The notes beneath the pieces are model-generated. The model was given only the letters and a program-made list of their open reading frames with translations. It was not told where the DNA came from and ran no database searches. A DNA stretch of 64,000 nucleotides, from positions 1-64,000 of the forward strand of contig CBDHEC010000018.1 of the NCBI GenBank assembly GCA_965261975.1. The letters are read 5' to 3'. Shown one piece after another: positions 30,294 to 40,184 of this stretch. The stretch is from Alphaproteobacteria bacterium. GTDB taxonomy: Bacteria; Pseudomonadota; Alphaproteobacteria; UBA6615. Each line of letters begins with the position of its first letter. The stretch's first letter is position 1. The position numbers and the translations under genes are program-made.

Positions 30294-31493
30294 ATGGCTA
30301 TGAATCGGCAACAACTCGCCCGCGCAATCGATGTCGGTCGCTCATCGACCCTGAATTGCTTCGAAACGACCAAGGATATTGCCGGCATTGCGTCGACAAT
30401 CGCCGACGATGACCCCCTCGGGCCGCTTTTTCGCAATCGTTACCTGAACGATTCGATCATCTTCAAAGTCGTTGATTCCGTGACCGTGCGCGGCAAGCGC
30501 GAGTACGGCGTCGAGACCCTGGTCTATTTTCCCTACAACCACGACAACATGTACGAGGGTGGCGATTCCATCCTGGTCAGCGATCCGCGTCGCGAGGAAA
30601 AGCTGCTGAACAAGTGCGGCCTCGACATGAATCGCGAAGACAAAGCCGAAGACGGCCGGTGGGATATCCAGATCATGGACATGATCGACCAGCTGCCCAC
30701 TCTCGACCCGTTCCTGCTCAAATGTAAGGCCCAACAGTTAGGCATCGAGGAGCGGTTGAACCCGGCCTATTTCAACATCAGCCTCGAGGAATGGAATCGC
30801 ATCCAGAAACCCATCCGAGAAAAAATCGATGCGCTGGTGCGTAAGGCGCTCGGCATGGAAGGCGATGACGATGCCACCGATCCGGATCTCAAGCTCAAGA
30901 TCGAGCAGAACATCTCCAAGTTCCTGAAGAAAATATGGGAAGCGCGCGACATCGACGGTATCGAGGATTTCGTCTACGGCATGGAAATGCCGCCCGAGCG
31001 CGCGCCGGAACTGTTCTTCGCCTGCAAAGCGATTTGCTACTACCAGGTGCAGTTCTCCGGCGTGGAGCCGGCGCTACGGAAACTTTTCGCCTGGCTCGGC
31101 GATGCCAAGACGGCGTTGCCCGTCGATTTCGGTGGTCTGCGCACCGAGGTTCAGGGCCAGATCAAGCGCGACCTCAAACAACTTCGGACGCTGTTTCGCG
31201 AGAACTATCTCAGCATCGTCAGCATGCTGGAGACCTACGAGGACAGCTACCGACAGTTCATCGAGGAAAGCAATCCGGCACCGTTCAAGAGTTTTCTCGG
31301 ACAGGCGGACACCCATTATGTCGAACTGGCGGCCTGCCTGAGCAGCAACTCACACGCCATCAACCTGCTGCAGGACCAGATTGGTCGTACGGGCGCGCAG
31401 ATCAACAGTGACCAGCACCGCGAACTGCTCGATTGCATGCTCGGTGTGTTCGGTGTCGAGCCGCAATCGGCCGACCTTCTGATAGCCAGCTAG
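30294..31493 (+). CDS. Hypothetical protein (399 aa), no family recognised
   Basis: Long ORF with strong host codon bias and GGAG upstream of ATG 30294. Soluble and helical in character. Confidence 0.8.
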   Translation: MAMNRQQLARAIDVGRSSTLNCFETTKDIAGIASTIADDDPLGPLFRNRYLNDSIIFKVVDSVTVRGKREYGVETLVYFPYNHDNMYEGGDSILVSDPRREEKLLNKCGLDMNREDKAEDGRWDIQIMDMIDQLPTLDPFLLKCKAQQLGIEERLNPAYFNISLEEWNRIQKPIREKIDALVRKALGMEGDDDATDPDLKLKIEQNISKFLKKIWEARDIDGIEDFVYGMEMPPERAPELFFACKAICYYQVQFSGVEPALRKLFAWLGDAKTALPVDFGGLRTEVQGQIKRDLKQLRTLFRENYLSIVSMLETYEDSYRQFIEESNPAPFKSFLGQADTHYVELAACLSSNSHAINLLQDQIGRTGAQINSDQHRELLDCMLGVFGVEPQSADLLIAS

Positions 31494-32062
31494 CGCGACT
31501 CCAGGTCGGACGTCAGCAGTTTTAGTCGGTGCGCCGCGCGCTCCAGGCGCTCTTCGACCGAGCGCGGCGTGTCGCGGGTCACATGCTCGCCAACATCGTA
31601 GAAATACCAGAGCCGCGCACGAAAGGCGGCGTCGGCCTCGTTCAGGCCCGCCTCCTCGAATAAGGCGCACGCGGTCGCCATCCGGCGATCGTCGATCGCG
31701 GCCACCGCATCCGCGACCTCCGAATCGAACTGGGCCCATGCGCGCATCGCATTGTCATACTGGTCGGGATCTTCGCGGGCGATATACTCGAGGATGGCCC
31801 ACATCCGCTCGATCGGGCCGCCCGGCGCGGCCTGGACATGGGCGAGCACCGGGTCCGTCTGGCGACGCACCCAGAACTCCGGCAGCGACTTCAGGAGATC
31901 CTGACGGTTTTTGAAGTGCCAGTAGAAGCTTCCCTTCGTCACCCCGAGGCGTTGCGCGAGGGGCTCGACCTTCACATGGTCGATGCCGCGCTCACGCAGC
32001 AATTCAAGCGCTTCGGCGAGCCAGGAATCCCTGTCCAAAGTTGGTTCGCGTTTGTCTTTCAT
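31490..32062 (-). CDS. TetR/AcrR family transcriptional regulator
   Basis: WLAEALELL...VEPLAQRLGVTKGSFYWHF helix-turn-helix. Confidence 0.92.
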   Translation of the reverse strand: MKDKREPTLDRDSWLAEALELLRERGIDHVKVEPLAQRLGVTKGSFYWHFKNRQDLLKSLPEFWVRRQTDPVLAHVQAAPGGPIERMWAILEYIAREDPDQYDNAMRAWAQFDSEVADAVAAIDDRRMATACALFEEAGLNEADAAFRARLWYFYDVGEHVTRDTPRSVEERLERAAHRLKLLTSDLESR

Positions 32063-32086
32063 TCGCCCGTCACACAATTATGGAAC

Positions 32087-32144
32087 CCATACGTCAACGT
32101 ATTGACACCCTTTACCCGACACAATACCATACGGTTGCGTATGG
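32087..32144 (+). promoter_or_regulatory. Two TetR-type operators flanking the sigma70 promoter of the dioxygenase gene
   Basis: CCATACGTCAACGTATTG (32087-32104) and CCATACGGTTGCGTATGG (32127-32144). TTGACA (32102)-17 bp-TACCAT (32125). Confidence 0.75.
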
Positions 32145-32253
32145 AAGGTGAGTCGTAAGGGTCACACCGGGCTAGAGGCTTTCCGAGCTGCGCCTGTTCC
32201 GTCTAGAGTAAACAGCCAAACCGCCAGCAACGGCAGGGCAGGAGGAAATTTGC

Positions 32254-33216
32254 ATGACTGAACCAATCATCAAGGTTGCCGATCTCGCTTGGGGACGTAT
32301 CAAGTCGCCCGATCTGGATGTCCAGGAAGAGTTCCTGACCAATTTCGGGATGATCAAGGTCGAACGTACGAACGACAAGCTGTTCATGCGGGGCACCGGC
32401 GCCAGCCACCATATTCACGTGACAGAAAAGGGCGACCCCGGATTCGTCAGCCTCGCCTTCCAGGCAACCAGCGAAGACGATCTGCACAAGATCGCCGCCG
32501 AAGCCGAGAGCGCGTCCGGCGTCGAGAACATCGACGAGCCCGGCGGCGGCAAGCGGGTCCGCCTGACCGAGCCCAACGGTTACACCATCGAGATCGTGCA
32601 TGGCATCGAGGCCGTCGACGAGATCCCGGTCGAGCGCCAACAATATAATCTGGGCAACATCGACAAACAGAAGCGCGCCAACGAGCTCTGGCGCAAGTCA
32701 CCGGGACCGGCCACGGTGATGCGGATCGGTCATGGTGTCATCGGCACACCCAAGATGCATGAATGTACGGCCTGGATCCGCCACCATATCGGCCTGATCG
32801 CCTCGGATGAGGTCTTCGTCGAGGACGACAAGGAAAAAGTGATCGCGAGCTTCAACCGTATTGACGGCGGCGAGCGTTATGTCGACCACCATGTGTTCCT
32901 CTATATCGGCAACGAGAATGCCGGACTGAACCACCTGTCCTTCGAGGTCCCCGACTTCGATGACGTGATGATGGGACACGAGCATCTGCGTGATTCCGGC
33001 GACTACGACCATGTCTGGGGCATCGGACGTCACGTGCTGGGCAGCCAGATCTATGATTACTGGAAAGACCCGTATGGCCGGGTGCACGAGCATTGGGCAG
33101 ACTCCGACACGCTCAACGCCGAATTCGAAACACGCTACGTTCCCGCCGACGAGGGTCTCAAATCCCAGTGGGGCGAGCCGGCGCCGATGGAATTCATCCA
33201 TCACGTCAGCCCGTAA
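32254..33216 (+). CDS. VOC-family extradiol ring-cleavage dioxygenase
   Basis: Two VOC domains with RIGHGV, DHH, LNHLSFEV, WGIGRHVLGSQIYDYWKDP and HEH. AGGAGG RBS. Confidence 0.85.
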   Translation: MTEPIIKVADLAWGRIKSPDLDVQEEFLTNFGMIKVERTNDKLFMRGTGASHHIHVTEKGDPGFVSLAFQATSEDDLHKIAAEAESASGVENIDEPGGGKRVRLTEPNGYTIEIVHGIEAVDEIPVERQQYNLGNIDKQKRANELWRKSPGPATVMRIGHGVIGTPKMHECTAWIRHHIGLIASDEVFVEDDKEKVIASFNRIDGGERYVDHHVFLYIGNENAGLNHLSFEVPDFDDVMMGHEHLRDSGDYDHVWGIGRHVLGSQIYDYWKDPYGRVHEHWADSDTLNAEFETRYVPADEGLKSQWGEPAPMEFIHHVSP

Positions 33217-33238
33217 GCGGTTCATAGCTTCAAATCGA

Positions 33239-33274
33239 GCGGCCCGGCAGTCCCTGCCGGGCCGTTTGCCTTTT
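33239..33274 (+). terminator. Rho-independent terminator after the dioxygenase
   Basis: 11-bp stem CGGCCCGGCAG-TCC-CTGCCGGGCCG followed by TTTGCCTTTT. Confidence 0.7.
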
Positions 33275-33358
33275 ATACGCCTTCAATAGCGGCGCCCGAC
33301 TTGGCGCACCGGCTGTTTTCTGGCAGACAGGGCCTCTCATCGAAGGCCGTGACGATCC

Positions 33359-35038
33359 ATGACAGAAACAGACACCCCCGACGGAAACGAGACGGACGCA
33401 ACCCCGCGCGATTTCATACGCGACCGGATCGCCACCGATCTCGAATCCGGACAGCATGAAGCGATCGTCACCCGGTTCCCGCCGGAGCCGAACGGCTATC
33501 TCCATATCGGCCACGCCAAGTCGATCTGCCTGAATTTCGGTGTCGCAGCGGAATTCGGCGGCACATGTAATTTGCGCTTCGACGACACCAATCCCGCGCG
33601 CGAGGACGCCGCCTACATCAAAGCCATCCAGGATGATGTGCGCTGGCTTGGTTTCGATTGGGGCGAGAACCTGTTCCACGCGTCCGACAATTTCGAACAA
33701 CTCTATGACTGGGCCCGGCACCTGATCGAAAACGGCCTCGCATATGTGGACGATTTGTCGGCAGAAGAAATGCGCGAGTATCGCGGCACCCTGACCGAGC
33801 CCGGCCGCCCGAGCCCTTATCGCGACCGAACCGTGGAAGAGAATCTCGACCTCTTCGCGCGCATGCGCGTCGGCGAGTTCGAGGACGGTGCCAGGGTGTT
33901 GCGCGCCAAAATCGACATGGCGTCGGGAAACATCAACCTGCGCGACCCGGTGCTGTACCGCATTCTCCGCGCCGACCATCCGCGCACCGGTGACGCCTGG
34001 TGCATCTACCCGACCTATGATTTCGCCCACGGCCAGACGGACGCGATCGAGCATGTGACCCACTCGCTCTGCACCCTGGAGTTCGAAGATCACCGCCCGC
34101 TCTACGACTGGCTGATCGAAAATCTCCCTGTCCCCGCCCGGCCGCGCCAGTATGAATTCGGGCGCCTGAACCTTGGACACACGGTGCTGTCGAAGCGCCG
34201 GTTGATCCAGCTGGTCGAAGACGGCCATGTCGCCGGCTGGGATGATCCGCGTATGCCGACCGTCTCCGGGCTGCGCCGCCGTGGCGTCCCGCCGGAAGCC
34301 ATTCGCGATTTCATCGGCCGCCTGGGCATCACCAAGGCGGACGGTCTCGTCGAGATGTCCTATCTCGAAAACACGATCCGCGAGCATCTCAACCAAACCG
34401 CGCCCCGCCGGATGGCCGTACTCGACCCGGTCAAGCTGGTGATCGAGAATTACCCCGAGGGTCAGACCGAAGATCTGGACGGCATAAACAATCCGACGGA
34501 CGAAAGCGCGGGCACGCGGAAGGTTCCGTTCGGGCGCGAGCTCTGGGTCGAACGCGACGACTATATGGATGATGCGCCGAATAAGTTCCGCCGACTGACA
34601 ATCGGTCGGGAAGTTCGGTTGCGCTTCGCCTACTACGTAACCTGTACCGGTGTGGTGAAGGACGCGGATGGTAACGTGACCGAGATTCGCTGCACCTATG
34701 ACCCGGAAAGCCGCGGCGGCGACACCGCCGACGGCCGCAAGGTGCGCGGCACCATCCACTGGGCCTCAGCCGCACACGCCGAAACCGCGGAAGTGCGCCT
34801 CTATGACGAGCTGTTCACCGCCGAGGAACCAGGCAAGGAACGTGACTGGCTGGACGACCTGAACCCGGCCTCGCTGGAGGTTCGGACCAATTGTTACCTG
34901 GAACCGGCCCTGGCCGAGGATTCCGGCGTTGTTCAGTTCGAACGGTTGGGCTACTTCGCGGCCGATGCCGACTCCGCCCCCGGTGCGCTGGTATTCAACC
35001 GCACGGTCAGCCTGCGCGACAGCAAGCCCAAGGGCTAG
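33359..35038 (+). CDS. glnS: Glutamine--tRNA ligase
   Basis: [46 protein letters not shown] and QFERLGYF motifs. Confidence 0.95.
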   Translation: MTETDTPDGNETDATPRDFIRDRIATDLESGQHEAIVTRFPPEPNGYLHIGHAKSICLNFGVAAEFGGTCNLRFDDTNPAREDAAYIKAIQDDVRWLGFDWGENLFHASDNFEQLYDWARHLIENGLAYVDDLSAEEMREYRGTLTEPGRPSPYRDRTVEENLDLFARMRVGEFEDGARVLRAKIDMASGNINLRDPVLYRILRADHPRTGDAWCIYPTYDFAHGQTDAIEHVTHSLCTLEFEDHRPLYDWLIENLPVPARPRQYEFGRLNLGHTVLSKRRLIQLVEDGHVAGWDDPRMPTVSGLRRRGVPPEAIRDFIGRLGITKADGLVEMSYLENTIREHLNQTAPRRMAVLDPVKLVIENYPEGQTEDLDGINNPTDESAGTRKVPFGRELWVERDDYMDDAPNKFRRLTIGREVRLRFAYYVTCTGVVKDADGNVTEIRCTYDPESRGGDTADGRKVRGTIHWASAAHAETAEVRLYDELFTAEEPGKERDWLDDLNPASLEVRTNCYLEPALAEDSGVVQFERLGYFAADADSAPGALVFNRTVSLRDSKPKG

Positions 35039-35064
35039 AAACAACTTTCGATCGGAGCATTCGC

Positions 35065-35448
35065 ATGGAAATCAACATCCCCGAAGTCCTCGCCGAAGTG
35101 ACGGCAGCACATGATCGGTATGAGGCCGCGCTGAGGACAAACGATGTCGACGTGCTGAACGAACTCTTCTGGACCAACGATCTCACCCTGCGTTACGGCA
35201 TCGGCGAGAATCTCTATGGTCACGATCAGATCGCCGGGTTCCGGGCCGCGCGCGACCCCAGCGACGTCGACCGCACGACCGGTCCCGTGATCGTCACCAC
35301 CTACGGCCAGGATTTCGGCACCGCGAATCTTGAATTCTATCGCGAGAGCATGGGCGACGGACGCGGCCGCCAGAGCCAGAGCTGGGCACGCATGCCCGAG
35401 GGCTGGCGCATCGTTGCCGCGCATGTGAGCGTGATCCAGCCGAAATAG
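35065..35448 (+). CDS. AtzH/HpxZ-like protein (DUF3225, SnoaL-like fold)
   Basis: YEAAL..NDVDVLNELFW, RYGIGENLYG, GRQSQSW and WRIVAAHVS motifs. Confidence 0.85.
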   Translation: MEINIPEVLAEVTAAHDRYEAALRTNDVDVLNELFWTNDLTLRYGIGENLYGHDQIAGFRAARDPSDVDRTTGPVIVTTYGQDFGTANLEFYRESMGDGRGRQSQSWARMPEGWRIVAAHVSVIQPK

Positions 35449-35473
35449 AAAAAGGCCGCGTGAGCGGCCTTTT
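35449..35473. terminator. Bidirectional Rho-independent terminator
   Basis: AAAAAGGCCGC-GTGA-GCGGCCTTTT between convergent genes. Confidence 0.8.
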
Positions 35474-35495
35474 CAATTCCATATCGCAGCCGCTG

Positions 35496-37325
35496 CTAGC
35501 TGGCGACGCGCCAGACTTCCGGTGCCTTTTCCATGCTCTCGAGCAACGCCCGCCGCTGGGCCTCCATGGCCTCCGGCAGACGCCCCGCGAAACTGTCGAA
35601 CATCTCCTTCTGGGCCTCGGCCTCGTTGCTGCCCGCGTCGCGAGCCAGGTCCATGATCCCGCTGAACGCATCGGCGGTGAAGTCCAGGCCGGTCCAGTTC
35701 AGATCATCGTAGCGCGGCATGTTGCCGAGCGGGCCTTCCACCGCGTCGCGATTTTCGTGGACCCGGTCACACACCCATTCGAGGACCCGCATGTTCTCGC
35801 CGAAGCCGGGCCAGATGAAGTTGCCGGCGTCGTCCTTGCGAAACCAGTTCACCCGGAAGATCTTGGGCAGCTGGAGCCCTTTCTCCGCGAACCCCAGCCA
35901 ATGGGTCCAATAGTCGGCCATGTTGTAACCGCAGAAGGGCAGCATCGCCATCGGGTCACGACGAATTGCCGCCTGATTGTCCGCCGCCGCCGTGGCCTCC
36001 GACCCCATGGTGGCTGCCATGTAGACACCATGGTCCCAATCCTTGGCTTCGTAGACCAGCGGGAAGGTTGTGCTGAGCCGACCGCCAAAGACGAATGCAT
36101 CGATGGGCACGCCGTTCGGGTCGTCCCAGGCAGGGTCCAGGCTGGGGCAGTTCACTGCCGCCACGGTGAAGCGCGCATTCGGATGCGCGGCGGGCGTGTC
36201 GCTGTCCGGTGTCCAGTCATTGCCGCGCCAGTCGATCAGATGATCGGGCACGTCGCCGTCCTTGCCTTCCCACCAGACATCGCCATTGTCCATGAGCGCG
36301 ACATTGGTGAAGATCGTGTCGCGCTGGATCATCGTCATGGCGTTCGGGTTGGTCTTGGTCGACGTTCCCGGCACCACGCCGAAATATCCGGATTCGGGAT
36401 TGATCGCATGCAGTCGGCCATCGTCACCCGGCTTGATCCAGGCAATATCGTCACCAACGGTGCTGACCTTCCAGCCCTCATAGCCCGCAGGCGGGATGAG
36501 CATGGCGAGATTGGTCTTGCCGCACGCGCTCGGGAACGCGGCCGCGACATAGGTCTTCTCGCCCTTGGGCGATTCCAGACCGAGGATGAGCATATGCTCG
36601 GCGAGCCAGCCCTCTTCCTTGGCCATGATCGAGGCAATGCGCAGGGAGAAGCACTTCTTGCCGAGCAGCGCGTTGCCGCCATATCCGCTGCCATAGGACC
36701 AGATCGAGCGATCCTGCGGGAAATGCACGATGTATTTGGTGTCGTTACACGGCCAGACGACATCTTCCTGGCCGTCCGCCAGCGGGGCTCCCACCGTGTG
36801 CAGGCATGGCACGAACTCACCGTCATCGCCCAGCACATCGAGCGCGCCCTGCCCCATGCGGGTCATGATGCGCATGCTCGCGGCAACATAAGGTGAATCC
36901 GATAGCTGCACGCCGATATGGGCGATGTGCGAGCCGAGGGGCCCCATGGAGAACGGGATCACATACATGGTCCGGCCGCGCATGCAGCCGTCGAACAAAC
37001 CGTCCAGGGTCTGGCGCATCTCGTCGGGCGCGACCCAGTTGTTGTTCGGGCCTGCGTCTTCCTCATTGTCCCAGCACACGAACGTACGATTCTCGACCCG
37101 TGCCACGTCATTCGGGTCGGAGCGTGCGAGGAAACAGCCGGGGCGCAATTCCTGATTGAGCGGAATCAGCATGCCGGACTCGACCATTTGCGCCGACAGG
37201 CGGTCGTATTCTTCCTTCGACCCGTCGCACCAATAAATGTCGTCCGGCTTCGTCAGCGCGGCGACCTCATCGATCCAGTTCAACAATCCCTGATTACGGG
37301 TTCGACCGTCTGCCGAATTCCCCAT
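35496..37325 (-). CDS. pckG: Phosphoenolpyruvate carboxykinase (GTP)
   Basis: [40 protein letters not shown] and HPNARF motifs. Confidence 0.95.
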   Translation of the reverse strand: MGNSADGRTRNQGLLNWIDEVAALTKPDDIYWCDGSKEEYDRLSAQMVESGMLIPLNQELRPGCFLARSDPNDVARVENRTFVCWDNEEDAGPNNNWVAPDEMRQTLDGLFDGCMRGRTMYVIPFSMGPLGSHIAHIGVQLSDSPYVAASMRIMTRMGQGALDVLGDDGEFVPCLHTVGAPLADGQEDVVWPCNDTKYIVHFPQDRSIWSYGSGYGGNALLGKKCFSLRIASIMAKEEGWLAEHMLILGLESPKGEKTYVAAAFPSACGKTNLAMLIPPAGYEGWKVSTVGDDIAWIKPGDDGRLHAINPESGYFGVVPGTSTKTNPNAMTMIQRDTIFTNVALMDNGDVWWEGKDGDVPDHLIDWRGNDWTPDSDTPAAHPNARFTVAAVNCPSLDPAWDDPNGVPIDAFVFGGRLSTTFPLVYEAKDWDHGVYMAATMGSEATAAADNQAAIRRDPMAMLPFCGYNMADYWTHWLGFAEKGLQLPKIFRVNWFRKDDAGNFIWPGFGENMRVLEWVCDRVHENRDAVEGPLGNMPRYDDLNWTGLDFTADAFSGIMDLARDAGSNEAEAQKEMFDSFAGRLPEAMEAQRRALLESMEKAPEVWRVAS

Positions 37326-37470
37326 CTTGACGTCCCCTCCGGCGATCGTTGTCGCCTGTTTCCTATACGAGAATTATTGAACTATAAGCCAAAGGACTCG
37401 GCCCATGTAAACAGCCCAGAAAGATTATTCTGGGGGCGAAATGACGCATATTTCACTGTGGAATTGTTCG

Positions 37471-38907
37471 CTATGCGCGCGGCCGGCGCGCTTCGGTACC
37501 GACGGTCGCAATGCGCAGGATATTGGTGCGGCCTGGCGTCCCGAAAGGCACGCCTGCGGTGATCACCAAACGGTCGCCGGTTTTGGCAAATTCCTCGCTT
37601 TCGGCCACCCGGCTGGCCCTTATGATCATGTCCAGGAAACTGGTCGTGTCTTCCGTCTCCACGCAATGCACACCCCAGGCGAGCGCCAGGCGGCGCGCCG
37701 TATGGACAACAGGGGTCAAGACCAGGATCGGCACCTTGGGACGTTCGCGCGAAGCACGCAGCCCGGTGGACCCTGAAGCGGTGTAGCAGACGATGGCTGC
37801 CGCCTTGAGGGTCTCCGCCACCTGGCGTGCCGCCAGCGTGATGGCGTCCGCCGACGTCGTCTCCGGCACCGTTCGTCCGGCATCGATGGCGTCGCGGAAC
37901 TGCGGGTCTGCCTCCACCGAACGCGCGACCCGGTCCATCATCTCCACCGCCTCGAGCGGATGCGCGCCCGCGGCCGACTCTCCCGACAGCATCACGGCGT
38001 CCGCGCCTTCGAACACGGCGTTCGCCACGTCCGACACCTCGGCCCGGGTCGGCACGGGGGCTTCGATCATGGATTCGAGCATCTGCGTGGCGACGACCAC
38101 CGGCTTGCCGGCAATGCGTGCCGCGCGCGTGATGGACTTCTGAATACCCGGCACCTGCTCGACCGGCAGCTCGACACCCAGGTCACCGCGCGCGACCATC
38201 AACCCGTCGGCCACCTCGATGATTTCGTCCAGAAAACCGAGCGCCTGGGGCTTCTCGATCTTGGCCATGACGGCGGCACGGCCGGCGACGATCTTCTTTG
38301 TCTCGGCCACATCGTCCGGGCGTTGCACGAAAGACAGGGCCACCCAATCCACATCGAGCGTCATGGCGAAGTCGAGATCGCGGCGATCCTTGGGTGACAG
38401 GGCCGGCACCGGCAGGGTCACGTCCGGCACATTCACACCCTTGTTCGATGAGAGAGGTCCGCCGACGATGACCTTCGTATCCGCATAATCCTTGCCCGCC
38501 TCGATCACTTCGAGCCGGAGCTTGCCGTCGTCGATCAACAGGTTCGCGCCGGCCTCGATCGCCTGGAAAATTTCCTTGTGCGGCAGCTCGGCCCCGCCGG
38601 CATCTCCCGGCCCGTGTTTGAGTTCGAGGCGGAAGGCAGCACCCTCCTCCAGAACCGTGCCTTCGGCGACCTGCCCAACCCGCAGCTTCGGGCCCTGAAG
38701 ATCGACAAGGATGCATATCGGGCGCCCGACCTCGGCCTCGACCGCGCGGATCCTGGCGTGCATGGCGCGCACATCGTCATGGGTCCCATGGCTCATGTTC
38801 AAACGAAACGCGTCCGCACCGGCTTCAAACAGGGCGCGGATCATTTCTTCCGATGAACTTGCCGGACCGAGAGTCGCCAGGACCTTTACATTTCGAACTC
38901 GCCGCAT
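37471..38907 (-). CDS. pyk: Pyruvate kinase
   Basis: ATLGPAS, RLNMSHG, DLQGPKLR, MVARGDLGVE, ATQMLESM and MLSGESA motifs. Confidence 0.97.
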   Translation of the reverse strand: MRRVRNVKVLATLGPASSSEEMIRALFEAGADAFRLNMSHGTHDDVRAMHARIRAVEAEVGRPICILVDLQGPKLRVGQVAEGTVLEEGAAFRLELKHGPGDAGGAELPHKEIFQAIEAGANLLIDDGKLRLEVIEAGKDYADTKVIVGGPLSSNKGVNVPDVTLPVPALSPKDRRDLDFAMTLDVDWVALSFVQRPDDVAETKKIVAGRAAVMAKIEKPQALGFLDEIIEVADGLMVARGDLGVELPVEQVPGIQKSITRAARIAGKPVVVATQMLESMIEAPVPTRAEVSDVANAVFEGADAVMLSGESAAGAHPLEAVEMMDRVARSVEADPQFRDAIDAGRTVPETTSADAITLAARQVAETLKAAAIVCYTASGSTGLRASRERPKVPILVLTPVVHTARRLALAWGVHCVETEDTTSFLDMIIRASRVAESEEFAKTGDRLVITAGVPFGTPGRTNILRIATVGTEARRPRA

Positions 38908-38940
38908 AACGACCCTTCTCCAACTCCCGTTACGCCAAGA

Positions 38941-39279
38941 TCACTTCGCACAATCGACACATTGCGCCGCCGCCGGATCGACCTTGAGGCGCTTCTCGGG
39001 GATGTCGGTCCCGCATGTCATGCAATAGCCATACTCGCCTTCATCGAGCCGGGACAACGCCGCCGTTATGAGCCGCAGCCGCTGCTGACGACGATCTTCC
39101 TCGGCCTGGGCCATCGCCTGCACCTGTAGCGCATCCATCCGCGACAACCGGCCGACGCTCTGTTGATCCAACGTCACCGGCGAGCGGTTCCCGGACGTCG
39201 CGTCGCTCGATTCCGTGAGCGCGGCACGCTCCGCCAAAAGCGTCTCGCGCCAGCTTTCAAGATCCAGTTCCTCTGCCAT
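38941..39279 (-). CDS. TraR/DksA C4-type zinc finger protein
   Basis: LDQQSVGRLSRMDA coiled coil and YGYCMTCG...CVDC zinc finger. Confidence 0.88.
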   Translation of the reverse strand: MAEELDLESWRETLLAERAALTESSDATSGNRSPVTLDQQSVGRLSRMDALQVQAMAQAEEDRRQQRLRLITAALSRLDEGEYGYCMTCGTDIPEKRLKVDPAAAQCVDCAK

Positions 39280-39398
39280 GGCAACATTGGGGGCCGACTC
39301 CCAGGCGAAATCAAGTCATGCGTGAGCGCAAGGCCGCTCCTGCATTGCACCGGTTTTTACGGCTACACTCGCCTTCAATGAAATTTCAGGAGGGGTGA

Positions 39399-40175
39399 AT
39401 GGAACGTTTCGACGACAGGGTCTGCATCATCACCGGGGGCGCGAGCGGCATCGGGGCAGAGACCGCGCGCCAGTTCGTCCATGAGGGCGGCAAGGTCGTC
39501 ATCGGCGATGTCGACGACACGCTCGGCGAGGCGCTGGCCGCCGACATCGGCGAACACGCCCATTATGTCCACTGCGATGTCAGCGACCCGGCTGCGTGTA
39601 CGGCACTTGTCGCGCGCACGATCGCGACCTTCGGGCGGCTCGACGGACTCGTAAACAGCGCGATCCGCATGGGAGCGGTCCCGTTGGTCGACCTGTCCCT
39701 CGACGACTGGAGCAAGGTCGTCGATGTGGGGCTGACGGGCACCTTCCTGATGACCCAGGCCGCCGGGCGCTGGTGGATCGAACAGGGGCAACCGGGCGCG
39801 GTGGTGAACATGTCGTCAACCGGCGGGCTCCAGCCCTACAATCTGGCCGGCGCCTACAGCACGACCAAGGCCGGCGTGATCATGCTGTCGAAGCAGTTCG
39901 GGCTCGAATGGGCGCGGCACAATATACGGGTCAACACGGTCTGCCCCGGCCACACGGAAACACCGCTGACCGCCTACATGCGCGACCCGGCTGTCAAACA
40001 GGCGCGTGCGGATGTCACGCCGGCGGGCCGGGTGGGCCAGCCCGACGATATCGCGGAAGGCATTCTCTATCTGCTGTCGGATGCAGCCAGTTACGTGACT
40101 TCGTCCGAACTCGTCATCGATGGCGGCATGTCGACCAGCCTGTTCAACCACATGCCCGGCCGGAAGTGGGACTAG
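39399..40175 (+). CDS. SDR family NAD(P)-dependent oxidoreductase
   Basis: TGGASGIG, YSTTK, RVNTVCPG and IDGG motifs. Confidence 0.9.
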   Translation: MERFDDRVCIITGGASGIGAETARQFVHEGGKVVIGDVDDTLGEALAADIGEHAHYVHCDVSDPAACTALVARTIATFGRLDGLVNSAIRMGAVPLVDLSLDDWSKVVDVGLTGTFLMTQAAGRWWIEQGQPGAVVNMSSTGGLQPYNLAGAYSTTKAGVIMLSKQFGLEWARHNIRVNTVCPGHTETPLTAYMRDPAVKQARADVTPAGRVGQPDDIAEGILYLLSDAASYVTSSELVIDGGMSTSLFNHMPGRKWD

Positions 40176-40184
40176 GCCCGCTCG

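Noticed and set aside
33230-36896. 509-aa and 478-aa ORFs antisense to glnS and pckG
   Set aside because: Shadow ORFs with no independent coding signal.
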